64,000 nt of DNA from Camelus ferus (Eukaryota): NCBI RefSeq assembly GCF_009834535.1, contig NC_045697.1, positions 109,866,001 to 109,930,000 on the forward strand, in the 5' to 3' direction. This document shows, one piece after another, positions 52,191 through 64,000 of this stretch; positions within the stretch are counted from its first letter, which is position 1, and each line of letters begins with the position of its first letter. The notes beneath the pieces are model-generated. The model ran no database searches and was not told the origin of the DNA. It was given only the letters and a program-made list of their open reading frames with translations. A program made the translations under genes and the position numbers.

Positions 52191-54479
52191 AACTGAAGTG
52201 TGTATCTTCTCTTCCTGTGAGGCATGGTTCTAAACCCTGGCTGAGTGAATTCACCCAGTGAATTCTTGCTTACCTCTCTGGGGAATCAGAGGGCTTGCTG
52301 CAGGACTGCAGCTCTTCTGCGGAGATTTCTCTGGGACATCCGGCCACAGGAACTGAAGTTTTCCTTTCCATAATCTCCTGAGTGTTCCCCCAAATCCTTA
52401 CTAGCCAAAGGATCCTTACAAAAAAGCCCCGAGTTATAGTTTGCTCCAAGCAACCCCAACAGTTGACTTGTTAACCCTTCTGATTGTTCACGACTCCATT
52501 CCCAGCCTGGTTCCTGCCTTTAGGAGCTGGATAATTGCGAATGTGAGGGATAAGGCAGAATGGAGACTCTGAGGAGGTAAACCAGATCCTGGGGTCTATG
52601 CTTGGTTCCTACCAAGCAGCTTTCTGGAAATCGGCTGCTCTGGTCTCCGTAATGTACTTGGAACTTTCCTGTGATGCACACAACAGTTGCATCCCAAATT
52701 CTAGAAAGGCAGAAAGCAATTAAAATCATGTATCATAACACCCAGTGTTCTTAATTATAAACATGGGAATTTATCTATTTTAAGCTATCTGATGCCAAAA
52801 GTGAGTTCCCTAGAGGGCTCTTGGGTAGTTCACAGAATAGTGGGAAGGCCAGAGAAACCGATTCAGAAGTGGAACAGGAAACAAGAAAGGATGCATGGAG
52901 AAACGGCTGGGCCATCTGCCATAGACCCTGCTGGCCCACACTGGAGCCCACCCTGCAGCCACAGGTGGACCCTGGAGGCCCCGATCCACCAAGGAGGCTT
53001 GTGAAATTGCCTTCTTTTTCGTAATATTTGCTTCAGATTCAAAGCCTTAGGCTGTGATAACCAACTGGACCATGTTTAAGTCCTGTGCCTGCAGAGTAGC
53101 TGTCAGTGGTTAGGAAGCACTAAACTGGCCTTTTCAGCTTCTGATTCAGGGGTTGAGCCATTGAAAGTGTGACCACTATCCACTCCATAGTCCCTGGTCT
53201 TTTTGTCAGGATCCTAATTTAGTGCATTTAGTCCTGAATAAACTCTGCCAGGTGAATATCTCCACTTTAGAGCTATGGAAACTGGAGTTAAATCAGGTTA
53301 GCAGCTTAACCCCATACCCAGCACTCCGAATGCAGTACCACCTTTAACACGTTGTCCCTCAGTTTGAGAAGCACTGGCTTAGGCAGGAGGACTTGTACTT
53401 GTATCCAGGCTGCTTGGATGGGACCTCACCCCTTTAAGAGACAAATTGCCCCTTGTAAAGTGCTCCAGCATCTCCCACATTCTGGCAGGGGCATGGCCCG
53501 AGGTGTCTGAAGGGGAAGGCAGTTAATATGATATGTAGTCTATAAAATGCACAATTGATTTCTGTATATTCATTTGCATCTGGTACACGCACAGCTGTTA
53601 AATATATTCCCAAAGAACAGAAACATTATCCGTTTCCATAATTTTTGAATTATAGAAATATTTAGTCAAACTGAAAATATAGCAAGCTTTTATAGGCCGT
53701 TAGAGTGATTGAAAGGCCCTGACAACTTCTCATAGCTCACAGTCATGGGAAACATATGTGTGGATCTCCTTAAGGGAGCAAAGATGTGAGAACATCGTGG
53801 GGACCAGGGGGAGCATCTATGAGATTTCAGAAGGCTTTGAGACCCAGGAAGGACCACAGAGACCGAGTGGGAAGACTTTCAGCTTAAGGCAAATCACCAG
53901 TAGGCCCCTGTGTGGGATAGTCAGCACCGATATCCCATTCTAGACAAATTACGATGGATGTGGCCATCCCGATGGGCCAGCAGAACATCTTTCCTGCATG
54001 GGACCAGAGTGGAGAGGCTTTCAGGATTCACGTTCAAGAATATGCCTATTTTTTTTTTTCAGCAAACTTTCTGAACTGTGTCACATTTATGCAAAGAAAC
54101 ACTTTTTTTCTCATGTATTTTCTTTGTAAAAAGAAAGGCAAAATGATGAAGGGAGAGATCACATAGATTGAGAAGCCAGAATACATGTTTGAGAACTGGG
54201 CCCACCACTGACCAGCTGTGTTGATCTCAGGCACGTTGTTACCTAATTCTTCGGGTCTTAGATCCTTGCCTACCTCACAGGATTAAGTCAGATAAATTTT
54301 AAAATGTAATATTCAATAAATGGAAATTTGCCTAATCCCAACTTGGGTGTGATTTTGAACATGATTTATACTAAAATTTAAGAGAAGAACTCAATAAACA
54401 TGCATAGAACACACAGTAGATCAATGTATAGACCCAAAACCCCAAAATGGTAGAAAAACATGGAGCATTTCTAATAAGG

Positions 54480-55130
54480 ATGAGGGGATAGATGTACATC
54501 TACTTTTACCACCTCCTAAAACTCAAATAAAATAACATTAAAAGTATTTGTTCAACATGTAAACACGCAAGGAAGGAAAAACAAAGAGGCGACAACAGCA
54601 ATAAAACCTAGGAGGCTGGAAAGCAATTGAATGAGTGGTAAAGGATTTAAAGAAAAGTGAAGGATAATGGATAACATGGAAACCCAGGAATCAACACCAC
54701 CTCTGCTGCAGAGTTCTCCAGAGCCTTAGGAGCCAACGGCAACTAGTATCTCTGGGAGTGAGGGTGCAATGCATCTGAAATAGGAAGGGCTGGTTGGAAG
54801 TCTATTTAAAGAGCAGTTGACACTGAGTCCCTTTTCCTACTCCACTCAGCCTGGAGACCTCGCTCCCTTTACCTAACCATGAACTGGAGGTTCCTAGGGT
54901 GAGTAAATTGGAGGTTATCTGGCACAAATTGAGGATCAAGTGAAAGTATGTGTGCTGGATAGCAAGGACTCAGCTCTCTTCCTCCAATCAGCTCCCAGAA
55001 CTCACCAGGCAGCTGGGCCTTGGCCACTCTGCAAAAATTAGGAAAAGTGTCTTATTGGGAGTCTAACCAGCCCAACATGAAAACTTAAAGATACTGACTT
55101 GGGAGGTTCTCTAAGAAATGACCCAGCCAG
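54480..55130 (+). mobile_element. HAL1/L1ME 5'-region remnant
   Basis: aaagaggcgacaacagcaa...gaggctggaaagca..gaatgagtggtaa resembles the recalled HAL1 5' end. Confidence 0.55.
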
Positions 55131-55159
55131 ATTTATTTATAATTTTTATAAATAAATTT

Positions 55160-55630
55160 ATAATATTTATTGAAGGCTTATTATGTGCTAGGTACTTTTT
55201 TAAGTCCAAAAGATTCATAAGGAAAAAAGAAAAAAAGAAAGAAAGAAATTCATGCCATCATGGAGCCCACATTTGGGAGGAGTAAAAGAGGCAAGATAAG
55301 AAAAAAGTCGATGAGTGAAATACACAGCATGTTAGATGGTGGTGATTACCATGGGGAAAAATAAATTAGGCAAAGGGATAGCAAGTGTCTGGAGAGGAGG
55401 GAGGATGCCGAACCTATAAATAAGGTGGATGGAAGAGGGCTTGTTGAGAAGGTGATGTAGGTGATGTTTGGGTAAAGGTCTGGAGGAGCAGAAGGAGTGG
55501 TAAGGGCTGCCCAGTAGAGGGAATGGCCAGGGGCGGCTCTGGTGTCTGGCCTGATAGCAAGGGCCAGGGGTCCAGGTGGCAGGAAAGGAGTGAGTACAAG
55601 GTCAAGGAGGCCACAATGAGGTCCAAGTGG
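55160..55630 (-). mobile_element. L2 LINE fragment
   Basis: atatttattgaaggcttattatgtgctaggtact...catggagcccacattt...gagaaggtgatg is the antisense L2 3' end. Confidence 0.75.
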
Positions 55631-55638
55631 CTGAGGGA

Positions 55639-56095
55639 TGTGGTAGGCTGAATATTGGTCCCCATTGATGTTCTTATCTCCAGAACTTGTATGTTACCTG
55701 ACTCGACAAAAGGACCTTTGCAGATGTGATTAAGCTACGGCTCTTGGGGTGGGGAGATTATATTGGGTTATCCAGGTGGACCCAGTGTGATCACAAGGGT
55801 CCTTATAAGTGAAACAGAGAGGTTGGAGAGTCAGAGTCAGAGGAGGGGAAGTGAAGACGGAAGCAGAGATGACGAGAGGAGTGAGGTCAGGAAGGGGCTG
55901 AGAACCAAGAAGCTTCTAGAAGCTGGAAAAGCAAGGAAACAGATTCTCCCTTAGAGCCTCCAGAAGGAACACAGTCCTTCTGACACCTTGATTTTATGAA
56001 TTCTGACCTCCACAGCTGTAAAACAATAAATTTGTTTTGTTTTAAGCCACGAAGTTTGTGGTAATTTGTTACGGAAGCCCCAGGAAAGTCATACA
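55639..56095 (+). mobile_element. MLT1D-like MaLR solo LTR
   Basis: tgtggtaggctgaata...tttgcagatgtgattaag...gattctcccttagagcctccagaagg...gtggtaatttgttac...taca; TG...CA ends. Confidence 0.9.
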
Positions 56096-58714
56096 GGAGG
56101 GAAGGAAACAGATCCATGAAGTCTTTTATTTAATAAAGCAGGAACTTTAAAAAAAGAAGTTGGGCCTTATTTTTAATGCAAGTAGAAAAAAGAAAGTGTT
56201 TTTTATGGCCTTGGAGCTGATAATTTAAAAATATTATTTAACATAAAGCAATCAAAAGCTCTGGGGTAAGTAATGCTTTCCAATCATCTTCCCTTTAATG
56301 CACAAGAATCTGTCCTCCTTGTAAGCATTATCCAGATATGACTGGATAAATTAAATAAATATCAATCTGTGTTTATCCTTCCAATGTTTTCCCCTTCTCC
56401 CTCATTTCTTAGAGCTGTTCAGGGTGGGCTGCGCTTCTGCACTGAGGGACTTTTACAGTACTGAGCAGATATCACTAAAGCCCAGGGCTACAGATACTTA
56501 GTGAAAGGTTTAACACATGTAGGGTGGAGGGGGCCTGCAAAGGCTTCTGGGGACACGAACATGGGGAGATTTCTGCCAACTGAGATGAGGCAAGGGAGCT
56601 GTGGGCCCCCCAGAGCGCCTTCTCCTTGTTAAGTCCTTCTCCCCAGGACTTTTGAGAACAGTGATTTATAAGATATCAGAAGAGACCAGTGTGTCTTTTC
56701 TTTTTACAATCAGGCCAATACTGCTGGCCGTGATTTACACAACTTCCAGGAAACAAATAAATAGCTTTTGCATTCTTGGCCTCTTCATGGAAATTATGCT
56801 GGATTGTCTCAGCCCTGATAAGAGATGGAGACCAGTACTGGGAGCTGAAGGAAGCAGCGAATCTGGAGGCAGAGAGAGGAGTGCCTTCCCAGGGACTGCG
56901 TAGAGATGGGCATGGGGTGTGGTCCCTGTGGGTGTGCTGTGGAGCCAAAGGATACTGATGCAGAAATGCATGAAGGTCTCTGGGTCTCTTGGCTCATGTA
57001 GTAGAATTTGGGGAGGAACGTCTCAGAAGTCACCTGGAGCAGCAGTGTCTGCCAGACAGAGGAGGACTCAGCCTCACCAGCTGCCCACTGTAGGGACAGC
57101 AGTGAGTTAAGACCTATGCCCCTTGCCCCAATTCCAGGCTCCTCATAAGCCCCTGGGAATCTCATAGCATTTTAGGGAAGAGGGGTTTTAATATCTGCTA
57201 CGATTCTGTCTCTTTCGGTGGAAGCCATGTGGACCAAACTTTGCTTCCGGGCAACTCCGATAGTGTATGTTTTAATGAGAGTCTTGCTGGGGAGCTGAAT
57301 CCCATCCCTGGCTCAGCCACCAACCAATGGGTGACATTGGTTAGGTCCTTAACCTCTCAGCTGCCCCTTCTCTGTCAGGGTAGAGACTAAAACACAAGCT
57401 TTCGCAGCTCAGAACTTGGAGTCGGGTGGAAGACTTCTGTTGTAGCTCTTCTTTCCCAAGCAAGCTCGACCTAAAGCAAAACCAAGTCAAACCACCTGAT
57501 GGCAACAACACCACAAAACGAGGCAAGACAAAGTATCTTTTAAAATTCAGTATCATCTTAGAGATCCCACAAAATGCAGGGGGAAAATCTTATAAAGACA
57601 GTTTAGAAAAAATAAGAACCTATCCAATAACGTTGTCACCAAGTCATATAAAATTCAGTGAATTTTTATTAGTTGTGATGCTCCAAAATTACCCAAAGTG
57701 GCTGTGAAGACCAAGTGAACTATTCTAAAGGACCCTCTCTTGAGTCGGGTGTGGAAAAAACATCTTTCAAGTGGCACAATCCAAATTTCATAGCCTGGGA
57801 AAGCAATTGGCCTGGAGTCGAGAATGTGATCCTCTTTGCAGAGCCTCAGCTTTTGGCTTCTAGACTTATATCGTTGTCAGTGCCGTCAGTCATCACTGCA
57901 AACTGCCTGGAGACAGTGGTTTCACACGGCAAGCTGGGACTTCTAGCACATGGAAGCCTGGTGCTTGGGGTGTTAGACAAAGCTGTGGAATTTCAGGGTT
58001 GCTGCCAAGAGATTCGAAGGTTATGTTAAGAGTTCCAAAAATCTAGAGCTGTGTGGGTGTTATGCGAAGCACAGTGAAGAAAGATGCCTTTCAATATTTT
58101 TTTCGCCAAAGGTTGATGCTAAAACCGTGTCTATGATGGGGTCTGAATTCCCTTTTTCAAAGTTGATTCCTTTAGGGTCTAACAAGGAATTAACGAGGGT
58201 CATCATTACCTGAGTTGCATTGATGTTGACCTCTTGGTGCAGACCTCGGACTGTCTGGCCCATTTCCTCTGCCTCCTACTTGGGACTCCCTTTGTAGTTT
58301 TGCTGCCTCCAGGTGGCTGCTTCCTGGTCACCTCTGTGGGAGCTCTGGGACCCATACCCTGCTCAGTTCCATATCCCAGGCAGACCTTTGACTGCACCCA
58401 GTGAAGACCTCGCCAGGACACAAGTCCTTGGTATTTTAGTGGTGCTGTTTTGTTATAGGGTGCAGCTTCCTTGGATCTGGGCTTTGGGGAAGCTGGGATG
58501 CTCTGCAAAAGAGAAAAGCCTCATTGCCCTAGGATCTGGGAAGAGGGCAGTTGCTGGACTGTGGGGCAGCTCATTCTCCATGACTACTCGTTCAGATAAG
58601 AAATCCTATCTTCGCTTCAGTTGCAGACTCCTGGATTACTCTCTTTTATTTATTCATTGATTCTGTGTATTCACTTCATTAGCTGAGGACTTCAGTCATC
58701 GGGATAAACATTTT

Positions 58715-59721
58715 TATTTTTTTAATACCTTTACATGGTATGGTTTCAGTACAGTAAACTACACACACTTCAGATGTACAACTTGATGAATTTTGATAGA
58801 TGTATACACCAATGAAACCACCACCACAATCAAGATAGCTAACATTTCCATCACTGCCCAAGAGGTGCAATTTTTGAACTCCCAATTTATCCCTTCCCAC
58901 CTCCTTTACCCTCTGGTAACCATAATTTTGTTCTCTATGTCTGCAAGTCTGTTTCTGCTTTATAGATAAGTTCATTTGTGTTCTCTCTCTCTCTCTTTTT
59001 TTAATTCCACACATAAGCAATAACATATGTTATTTTTTTCTGGCTTCACTTAGAATGACATTCTCCAGGTCCATCCATGTTGCTGCAAATGGCATTATTT
59101 TATTCTTTTTTATGACTGAGTAGTATTTTATTGTATGTATGTATGCATATATATACTTGGGTTGTTTCCATGTCTTGGCATTGTAAATAGTGCTGCTATG
59201 AACATTGGGGTGCAGGTGTCTTTTTGAATTACATTTTTCTTTGGATATATGCCCAGGAGTAGAATTGCTGTATCATATGGTAAGTTTATTTTTAGCTTTT
59301 TAAGGAATGCTCATACTGTCCTCCACAGTGGCTACACTAATTTACATTCCCACCAACAGTGTAGGAAGTTTCCTTTTTCTCCACATCCTCTCCAACATTA
59401 ATCATTTGTGGCCTTTTTAATGATGGCCATTCTGACTGGTGTGAGGTGACACTGCATTGTAATATTGATTTGCATTTCTCTAACAACTAGTGACATCGAG
59501 CATCTTTTCATGTGTCTATTGGCCATCTGGATGTTTTCTTTGAAAAGATATCTATTTAGGTCTTCTGTGCATTTTTTGACTGGATTGCTTTTTTTTTTTT
59601 TCTTTCTGATATTCAGCTATTTGAGCTGTTTGAATATTTTGGAAGTTAGTCCCTTGTTGGTCGCATCATTTGCAAATATTTTCTCCCATTCTGTAGTTTG
59701 TCTTTTCATCTTGTTGATGAT
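58715..59721 (-). mobile_element. Chimeric L1: young ORF2 end and partial 3'UTR joined to an old L1MB/MC-type 3' tail
   Basis: TSD gggataaa(c/t)atttt at 58701-58714 and 59722-59735; junction at about 58864; T-tract at 58711-58723. Confidence 0.75.
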
Positions 59722-59946
59722 GGGATAAATATTTTAGTGCAACATGTAAAAAGAAATTGATGCCAGCTATCCGTGATAAACAAAATATCAAACTTTTCAA
59801 TGTTGGTCGCATCATTTGCAAATATTTTCTCCCATTCTGTAGTTTGTCTTTTCATCTTGTTGATGATGGGATAAATATTTTAGTGCAACATGTAAAAAGA
59901 AATTGATGCCAGCTATCCGTGATAAACAAAATATCAAACTTTTCAA
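59655..59946 (+). repeat. Exact tandem duplication, 2 x 146 bp
   Basis: 59655-59800 is identical to 59801-59946 by base-by-base reading. Confidence 0.95.
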
Positions 59947-60019
59947 TAAAGATGGGACTGTTCTGCCTCTTGTCTCTGGCTCTATTAGGCCTGGCTCCTC
60001 AGCGTAACTGGTCCTTTCT

Positions 60020-60440
60020 GTGTGATGCTTCTTACATCACTCCTGCCACTAAATGTGTGTGTTTCTTTCCCCAACACTGTATCCTTGTCATCGTTTCCAC
60101 ACCAGTGCGTCAACTCTCCAACACCAATGAGGGTCCAACAATTCAATTCACTTCTGACACTAACTCCTGGAGTTAGGCAGACCCCATGGGTTAAGGGCTC
60201 AGACCCACAGCACTGCCCCCGACTTGAGATGTCAGCTGCTGGTGGGGCGCTCAGGTTCACCTCACTTCTGCCTGCTGACCACCAGGGTCACCTCATTAAG
60301 ATAAACTCAGGTGTGGTTGAAAGGGCCACGTTAGGAATGACAAAGGATGCTTTTGACAGGCAGGAAATTCCAAGGGCTTTAGGGATTCTTTGCCAGGAAT
60401 CAGAGACAAAGACCAGTAGGCATGTCTTATTATACTACAC
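60020..60440 (-). mobile_element. MER21-family LTR (internally deleted)
   Basis: caattcaattcacttctgacactaactcctggagttaggcagacccca..ggttaagggctcag; caggaaattccaaggg; antisense to the 44680 element. Confidence 0.8.
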
Positions 60441-61162
60441 TGTCTTTACTCAAAATTCTGATTTTTTTTCATGATGGATTTTTCCATCAATGTTGATTTT
60501 TTTTAAAATATTCCATTAGAATATTTATTTGACTACTGAGTTCTTTGACACCCCCTTAAATCTGGTGCCTGAAATGAGTACCTTATTCACCTCACCCTAG
60601 GGGCCCTGCTTCTCAGCCTCCCATTTCTGGGCCTCTGACAGAAGTAGGCATGGCCAGGCCCTTAATATAAATTGTACACATGTCAAATAATTTGGTGCCC
60701 ACTATAGAGATCACTTAATGTTCCATGTACAAATCTGTGCAAATCAGTAGAATCAATGAACAGGGACAACATCTAATAGTTGGGATTACTGAGCAGAACA
60801 CTTAGGGTCAAAGTGCCAGCTCATTTATGCTCACAGGCTGGGGAGCTCTGGGGTACCAGTCACACCAGGAAGTGGTTTCCAACCTCACTTCAGCTTGGAA
60901 TCTTTGGATGAAATGGTCTCTCTGGTCCTCAGTTTCCTTCCACAGATAATTGAAAATTTGGGGTAAGCCGTTTCTAATTCTCAGTTATTATTTTTTTTTT
61001 ACAACTCTCAATATTTAAAACTGGATTTTGTTTTTCCCAAAGAAGCTGTATCTACACAGTGATTTTTGCTAAAAACTAGCTTTTAGAAATGTACATCGCC
61101 ATTTAAAATGATGGCAAATTTAGCAAATTAAAAAATGACAAAGGAGACAGAAAAAATTGTGA

Positions 61163-61210
61163 ATTATTCTACTTCCCAGAGATAATTGCTCTTGATATTT
61201 TGGTGTATTG

Positions 61211-61248
<38 letters not shown>

Positions 61249-61300
61249 GACTGAAAACACCAAAATATCAAGAGCGGTTATCTCTGGGAAGTAGAATAAT
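61163..61300. repeat. 44-bp inverted repeat (42/44 identity) enclosing a 50-nt spacer with (TG)n
   Basis: attattctacttcccagagataattgctcttgatattttggtgt (61163-61206) versus acaccaaaatatcaagagcggttatctctgggaagtagaataat (61257-61300). Confidence 0.95.
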
Positions 61301-64000
61301 GAACACACACACATACACAGAGTCTACTAAATACATACTGATTTTGGAGACCTTTATAGATTTAATGGAGGACTGGTGGCTGGAAAGGTGGTAATGAAAG
61401 AAATCTTCATTCCTTCAGGGTCTACTCTGGGCAAACTCTGTGTCAAAGTTTAATCTTCACCACAATTTTATCTCCATTTTATGCATGGGAAATCCGGGAT
61501 TCAGGAAGGTTGAGTCACATACAAGTGAATCAGTAACCAAGGCCAGTGAGAGGCAGGGTCCATCTGCAGGAAAAGCCTTGACTGTCTCTAGCCTGACCTA
61601 CTATTTCCACTTTTTGCCCTACTCATTGCAAAAGGAGTCTGTAAATTAAAGCCTCCCTCCATGTGTAAGTAAGTACATTTTTACTAAAATTAAATGCAGT
61701 GTGGCACTCTGAGAGGTCAAACTTAAAGGCTATGTGACATTCAAAAGGGTTGTTTTTCTCCTCTATTTCTAGAGACTGTCTCTTCCTGGGCCGATTTTAA
61801 TTCAGGTTTTGGCAAAAATGGCTTCATGGAATTTTTTTCCGACTAGAAGGGAAGGCAGTTTATTTTATTACATTTGGAAAGCACATACCTAATTTCAATA
61901 CTGGTTGGCAGAGATGAAGCAGAATTTTCTTTTCTGCTTTAGAGCTATAATTCAAAATATGTTGCTGAAAGCAGAGTTAAAACTAGCACTTGGTAGAGTG
62001 TCTAGCGTTCGGGTACCACGCAGGTTTGCAGGCTGGGGTTTGAGTCCTGGGCGATGAGGTCGTATCTCACAGCTGCCTTCTAGAAGGAGAAGGGGATGGG
62101 CAGGAATGAGCTATTAGCTGGCAGAAACCCACGGCAACTGACCTGCAAGACACTTGCGTGCTTGGGTTAACTCTCTCACTTAAAGAGAATCTAGATGTAG
62201 AAAAAGACAACGTTCTGTAGACCAAACTGAAATATTTGAGCCTACAATGGACATTTTGTAAAAAGTTCTTACCATTCCCCAATTTCGAAAAGACAGAAGG
62301 CTGAGGAGCAATGCGGAGAAGGGCAGGGTCAGATGCAGGGGTGATTTTTTGGTCCTTGCTGTGCTGGGCTCTGAATTAGACTTTTCCTTCCCACGACTTG
62401 TGTTTCCCATTCATAAAATCCCAGATAGAAAACCTTCTGCCACCTTCTCAATGCTCACCCTCGCTGCTATGTTTTGAGAAGTTAATATCTGCCCATAGAT
62501 CCATATAGTGAATTCCTAGAAAGAATATTGCCTAAAAATCTCTGGAATGACACTCTGCATTGCCCCCTCCCCCCATTGCTAGGACAAGACGACCCACATG
62601 GGAACTTGGAGAAAGGATGCCTCTCCCTCCTGCCCGCTTCAGAGTTTCTGATTAAATTGCAATGCATTCTACAGATGGGCGAGTCAGGCTGCTTATAACT
62701 TAATCTACTTAGCTGTAAATAGTCTTGCCCATGTCCCAATTTCTTCATCTGCAAATTGGAGCTAATATTTACGTTGCAGCTCAAAGGGATTTAGTCAGGC
62801 CTCATGAGATCAGCGGGGCCGCGGGTTTGGAGCTTGGTGGGTGGAAGGCATTACATAAATATGCCGTCATTTTCATTAGGGTTATTTTCATCATAATTTT
62901 ATGCTACAACACAGCTGTGGCAACATGTGTTTTAAAGATTTAAATAAACATTCCAAAATTTGTGAAACCTGATTCACTTTTGCCCAATTTGGCTAAATTG
63001 GCCATCATTTTGAAAATTCTGAAGACAAGGCTTTCAATTCACAAAGCCTCTCCCTGTGGCATGGCTGAGGCACCAACAAGCATCATTTTCTTTTGTAAGC
63101 ACTTTAAAAACACGGCCAAATTGTCCAACATATTAGCCTGGCAGCTCGAAGGTGGGGTTCCCTCATAGGAACTGTGTAAGAGGAGACTCAATCACAAAAT
63201 ATAAAACGTGGGGCCACCCCAAAACCCACCCACCCCTAATACAAAAGCTTGATTTCTGGCTCAGTGGAACAAATAGAAGAGGCTTAAGTAGTTTTTTGGT
63301 TTGTGGGTTTAACATGGAGATCAAATCACGGCCATGTCTTTAGTAACTCAGAATATTGACTGTGGGCCACTGACATCCTGAGCTATGTTAATAACTATCT
63401 GCTTCACCTTTCTCCAGGATTAAGCATGTGCTGACCGAGCCACACAATTTCAATGACCCAAAACACTGAATCAGTGGTGCCCTGAGCGTGTTTCCTGGAA
63501 CTAGCTCTAGACAGGATTACACCAGCAGAAAGCACTCAAATCTTCTTTGGCCCTTTCCCCAAAGACCGATGGTCTTCAAGGGCTCCGAGTGGTAGGACCA
63601 CAATTCCCGTTTCTTTTGCTGCGATGCAGATAAGTAATCAGATAAATGAGAGCCAATCCAAAGACTGTACATTGTGGCCTTTTCCAACATGCCCACAGCT
63701 GCATATACTCAGTGTCAAGGCAGTGATTAATCACGTTCACAATCTCCTGTTGACTTTTTATTTATCTTTGTACAAATGCATCCTGATGCTCGAATAGATT
63801 ACATACCCGGTGGGTGATGGCCTGCCTTGGTTTTGTAACATTCCAGGCTATCTCCAGTTGCCTGAGTTAGACATTTTAGAAATGTTTTTATTTGACTTAT
63901 GAAAAGAATAAATACATACCCAAGAGTGCTTTGAGGAAGGAGAGTTTTTTTTTAAAGCCAAATATGAGTAGTTTGGGAGAATCTGGATAAATTGATGGTA

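Larger units (their letters stand above)
58690..60608. mobile_element. MER96B-like palindromic hAT MITE interrupted by an L1, a tandem duplication and a MER21-like LTR
   Basis: The left arm (58690-58714 plus 59722-59955) is the diverged reverse complement of the right arm 60441-60540; right terminus cacctcaccctaggggccctg. Confidence 0.65.

Noticed and set aside
57490..57510. CTCF-like ccacctgatggca (also weak matches at about 33025 and 48505)
   Set aside because: Core mismatches; cannot be separated from background without a PWM scan or ChIP data.
58060..58263. ORF beginning MGQTV (like gammaretroviral Gag) with a minus-strand donor at about 58210
   Set aside because: Similarity ends after five residues; no LTR, PBS or other Gag motifs nearby.
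1..64000. CRISPR arrays, operons, rRNA, snRNA, NUMT, known miRNA hairpins
   Set aside because: No repeat-spacer periodicity or prokaryotic gene density; no match to the RNA families I could recall by eye. An Rfam/miRBase scan would be needed to exclude them fully.

Overview
Mammalian genomic DNA, not prokaryotic. It is most likely a camelid (camel, alpaca or llama): it carries a tRNA-Ala-derived Vic-1-type SINE and artiodactyl/camelid-type L1 3' ends. I find no protein-coding exon I can support; the listed ORFs are spurious, low-complexity or decayed L1 ORF2. A large part of the window is interspersed repeat (L1 of several ages, HAL1, L2, MIR, ERV/MaLR solo LTRs, hAT and Tigger MITEs). Between the repeats lie five CpG/GC-rich promoter-like islands (about 16.8-18.3, 22.4-23.1, 37.3-38.1, 41.9-42.2 and 47.2-47.5 kb), several with strong splice donors. 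This fits a lncRNA, 5'-UTR or enhancer landscape, but I cannot name the gene. The best directly visible oddities are: a 44-bp near-perfect inverted repeat around a (TG)n tract; an exact 146-bp tandem duplication; an L1 fragment consisting of only its 5' end and flanked by a TSD; a chimeric young/old L1 with a TSD inside a MER96-like MITE; a twin-primed L1 inside MER2; and a promoter with tandem CRE half-sites. I see no evidence of a new biological system. Repeat family names come from recalled consensus sequences and boundaries are approximate unless a TSD is given.
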